24,000 nt of DNA, taken from Caulobacteraceae bacterium (GTDB lineage Bacteria; Bacillota; Clostridia; Lutisporales; Lutisporaceae). The notes beneath the pieces are model-generated. The model saw only the letters and a program-made list of their open reading frames with translations, did no database searches and was not told where the DNA came from. The position numbers and the translations under genes were made by a program. The DNA is taken from the NCBI GenBank assembly GCA_050261415.1, contig JBLNDG010000132.1, positions 21,050-45,049 on the forward strand, in the 5' to 3' direction. Of this stretch, positions 22,683-24,000 are shown one piece after another (the stretch's first letter is position 1; every line of letters begins with the position of its first letter).

Positions 22683-23684
22683 TTGAATATCCAGTTAATA
22701 AACTTAGAGTACGAAACATATAACGATCCAAAGTATAAAAACAACTATGCACTTGAGCAGATTAGAAAGCACCATGAGGCACTAGGGGATAAAGTATACA
22801 GCTATCGTGAGGGAGTTCCTTTACTGATATATGACAAAACTTATGTTAGCTCAATATTCACTTGGACGAAAGAAAAGAAGGAAGCTCAGGAAATATTGAA
22901 ATATGCCAATGATAGTTGGGAGTTTGGTGGCACAGGGTTTGATATCCTCAAGAGACTGCCTTGTGAAATCGAGCAGATAAAGGTAAATAAAAACTTTGGC
23001 TGGACTCAAAGGGGCTGCAACAACAAATGTGTTTTCTGTGTAGTTCATAAAAAGGAAGGTTGCGCTCATGAAGTGGGTGATCTTTATGACATATGGGATG
23101 GAAAGTCAAGAAGAATAACTTTATATGACAACAATATCCTTCAACTGCCGAAGCATTTTTTATGGATATGCTCTCAGATCCGTAAAGAAGACATCAAAGT
23201 GGATTGGAACCAGGGGCTGGATATTCGGTTAGTTAATGATGATGTAGCAAAAGAGCTAAGTACCATAAAACATGCTGAATATCACTTCGCTTTTGATAAC
23301 TCTTCATTAGATAAAATAATAGCTGAGAAGGTTGAAATCCTTAAAAAGTATGATATTAACTGCAGCATTTTCTATATGATTGTAGGTATCCAGGATAAGA
23401 AAGGGAAAACAGCTAAAGAGGATATTGAGGATGCGCTATATAGATTGAAACTGCTAAAGCAATTAGGGCAGAATGCCATGGTTATGCGGTACAGGAAAGT
23501 TAGTGATGATCAGCCTGAAACATTAATAAATAGTGAGACAAAGAATCTATACATACCTGTTGCGAACTGGGGCAGTGTGCATAGTGCATTCCAGAGCATG
23601 GACTTTTACAATGACTACCTAAGTAAGCACGAAAGAGGCATGCCATACAAACAGTATTTTGATGAAATGGGAATTGCGATATGA
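22683..23684 (+). CDS. radical SAM enzyme (canonical CX3CX2C), function unknown
   Basis: TTG start after AGGTGAGG. QRGCNNKCVFCVVHKKEG gives C112-x3-C116-x2-C119 (23016..23039). The N-terminal ~100 aa resemble the small Rossmann-like lead domain of class-B-like radical SAM enzymes. Confidence 0.8.
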   Translation: MNIQLINLEYETYNDPKYKNNYALEQIRKHHEALGDKVYSYREGVPLLIYDKTYVSSIFTWTKEKKEAQEILKYANDSWEFGGTGFDILKRLPCEIEQIKVNKNFGWTQRGCNNKCVFCVVHKKEGCAHEVGDLYDIWDGKSRRITLYDNNILQLPKHFLWICSQIRKEDIKVDWNQGLDIRLVNDDVAKELSTIKHAEYHFAFDNSSLDKIIAEKVEILKKYDINCSIFYMIVGIQDKKGKTAKEDIEDALYRLKLLKQLGQNAMVMRYRKVSDDQPETLINSETKNLYIPVANWGSVHSAFQSMDFYNDYLSKHERGMPYKQYFDEMGIAI

Positions 23685-24000
23685 CGCAATGCAAGGAGGT
23701 CAAGATAAATCAATGGATATTCATAAGGATAATTACAGACAATGCAGCATTGCTCCTTATATCGTGGAGTCTTCAACTGGCGAAAGCATTTGTATATGTC
23801 ATACTGATGAAAAAGCGGAGCTGATAGTTAGAGCACTGAATCTCATGCCAGGATTGGCGGATTCGTTGAAAAATATTGAACGGATATGTGAGGAGATAGA
23901 CAGGGATGCGGATGAGCCTGATAAAGTAATGTGTGGTACCGGGAGAATTACACTTGAAACGGCAAAAGCTTATCCAAAGCATTTAAGGACCAATAGTTGA
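23659..24000 (+). CDS. hypothetical phage protein
   Basis: ORF ends with TGA at 23998..24000. True start uncertain (ATG 23659, 23689 or 23713). No motif recognised. Confidence 0.5.
   Translation: MMKWELRYDAMQGGQDKSMDIHKDNYRQCSIAPYIVESSTGESICICHTDEKAELIVRALNLMPGLADSLKNIERICEEIDRDADEPDKVMCGTGRITLETAKAYPKHLRTNS

Larger units (their letters stand above)
7326..24000. mobile_element. prophage (att junction, integrase, accessory island, immunity and early/DNA-modification region; right end beyond window)
   Basis: Serine integrase abuts a truncated host gene. It is followed by an ImmA/XRE-repressor/Cro-type switch, many small ORFs, and a phage-type C5 MTase and PAPS-reductase-like gene. Confidence 0.85.

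Noticed and set aside
20984-23684. Interpretation of the PP-loop and radical SAM genes as QueC/QueE (7-deazaguanine pathway)
   Set aside because: The PP-loop protein is 383 aa with PAPS-reductase-like features, not a ~220-aa QueC. No FolE, QueD, TGT/DpdA or Gat-QueC gene is in the window, and the radical SAM protein (333 aa with an N-terminal lead domain) does not look like QueE.

Overview
Low-GC, Clostridia-like Firmicute chromosome segment in two parts. (A) 1..~7325 is ordinary core genome. It holds a partial hypothetical gene, sfsA, and an M-box (Mg2+) riboswitch with its own promoter and intrinsic terminator. The riboswitch is followed by an unannotated 45-codon ORF with a strong SD and a CorA-family Mg2+ channel. 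Next come a convergent SEDS (RodA/FtsW-type) plus class B penicillin-binding protein pair, a PpaX-like HAD phosphatase, and the permease and 3' remnant of the ATPase of a NitT/TauT-type ABC importer. (B) From ~7326 to the right edge and beyond is a prophage inserted into that ATPase gene by a large serine recombinase. No structural or lysis genes fall in the window, only the lysogeny, early and accessory region. Order on the element: integrase; a three-gene accessory island (HsdR-N/COG4748-type PD-(D/E)xK nuclease, TcmP, three-Cys radical-SAM-like protein); an ImmA/IrrE metalloprotease fused to three zinc ribbons; a promoter/structured-RNA/terminator unit; a small toxin-like ORF co-transcribed with a CI-like XRE repressor; a divergent operator region and a Cro-like gene; three head-to-head small-gene pairs, each separated by a conserved ~68-bp module; further early genes; then a C5 cytosine methyltransferase with six tandem TRD-like repeats, a PP-loop PAPS-reductase/DndC/IbrA-like protein, two small Cys-rich proteins and a canonical radical SAM enzyme. 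My best candidates for an undescribed system are the integrase-proximal nuclease/TcmP/three-Cys trio (8976..12172) and, second, the MTase/PP-loop/radical-SAM cluster (19265..23684). All family assignments come from motifs read by eye and remembered family signatures. No database search was possible.
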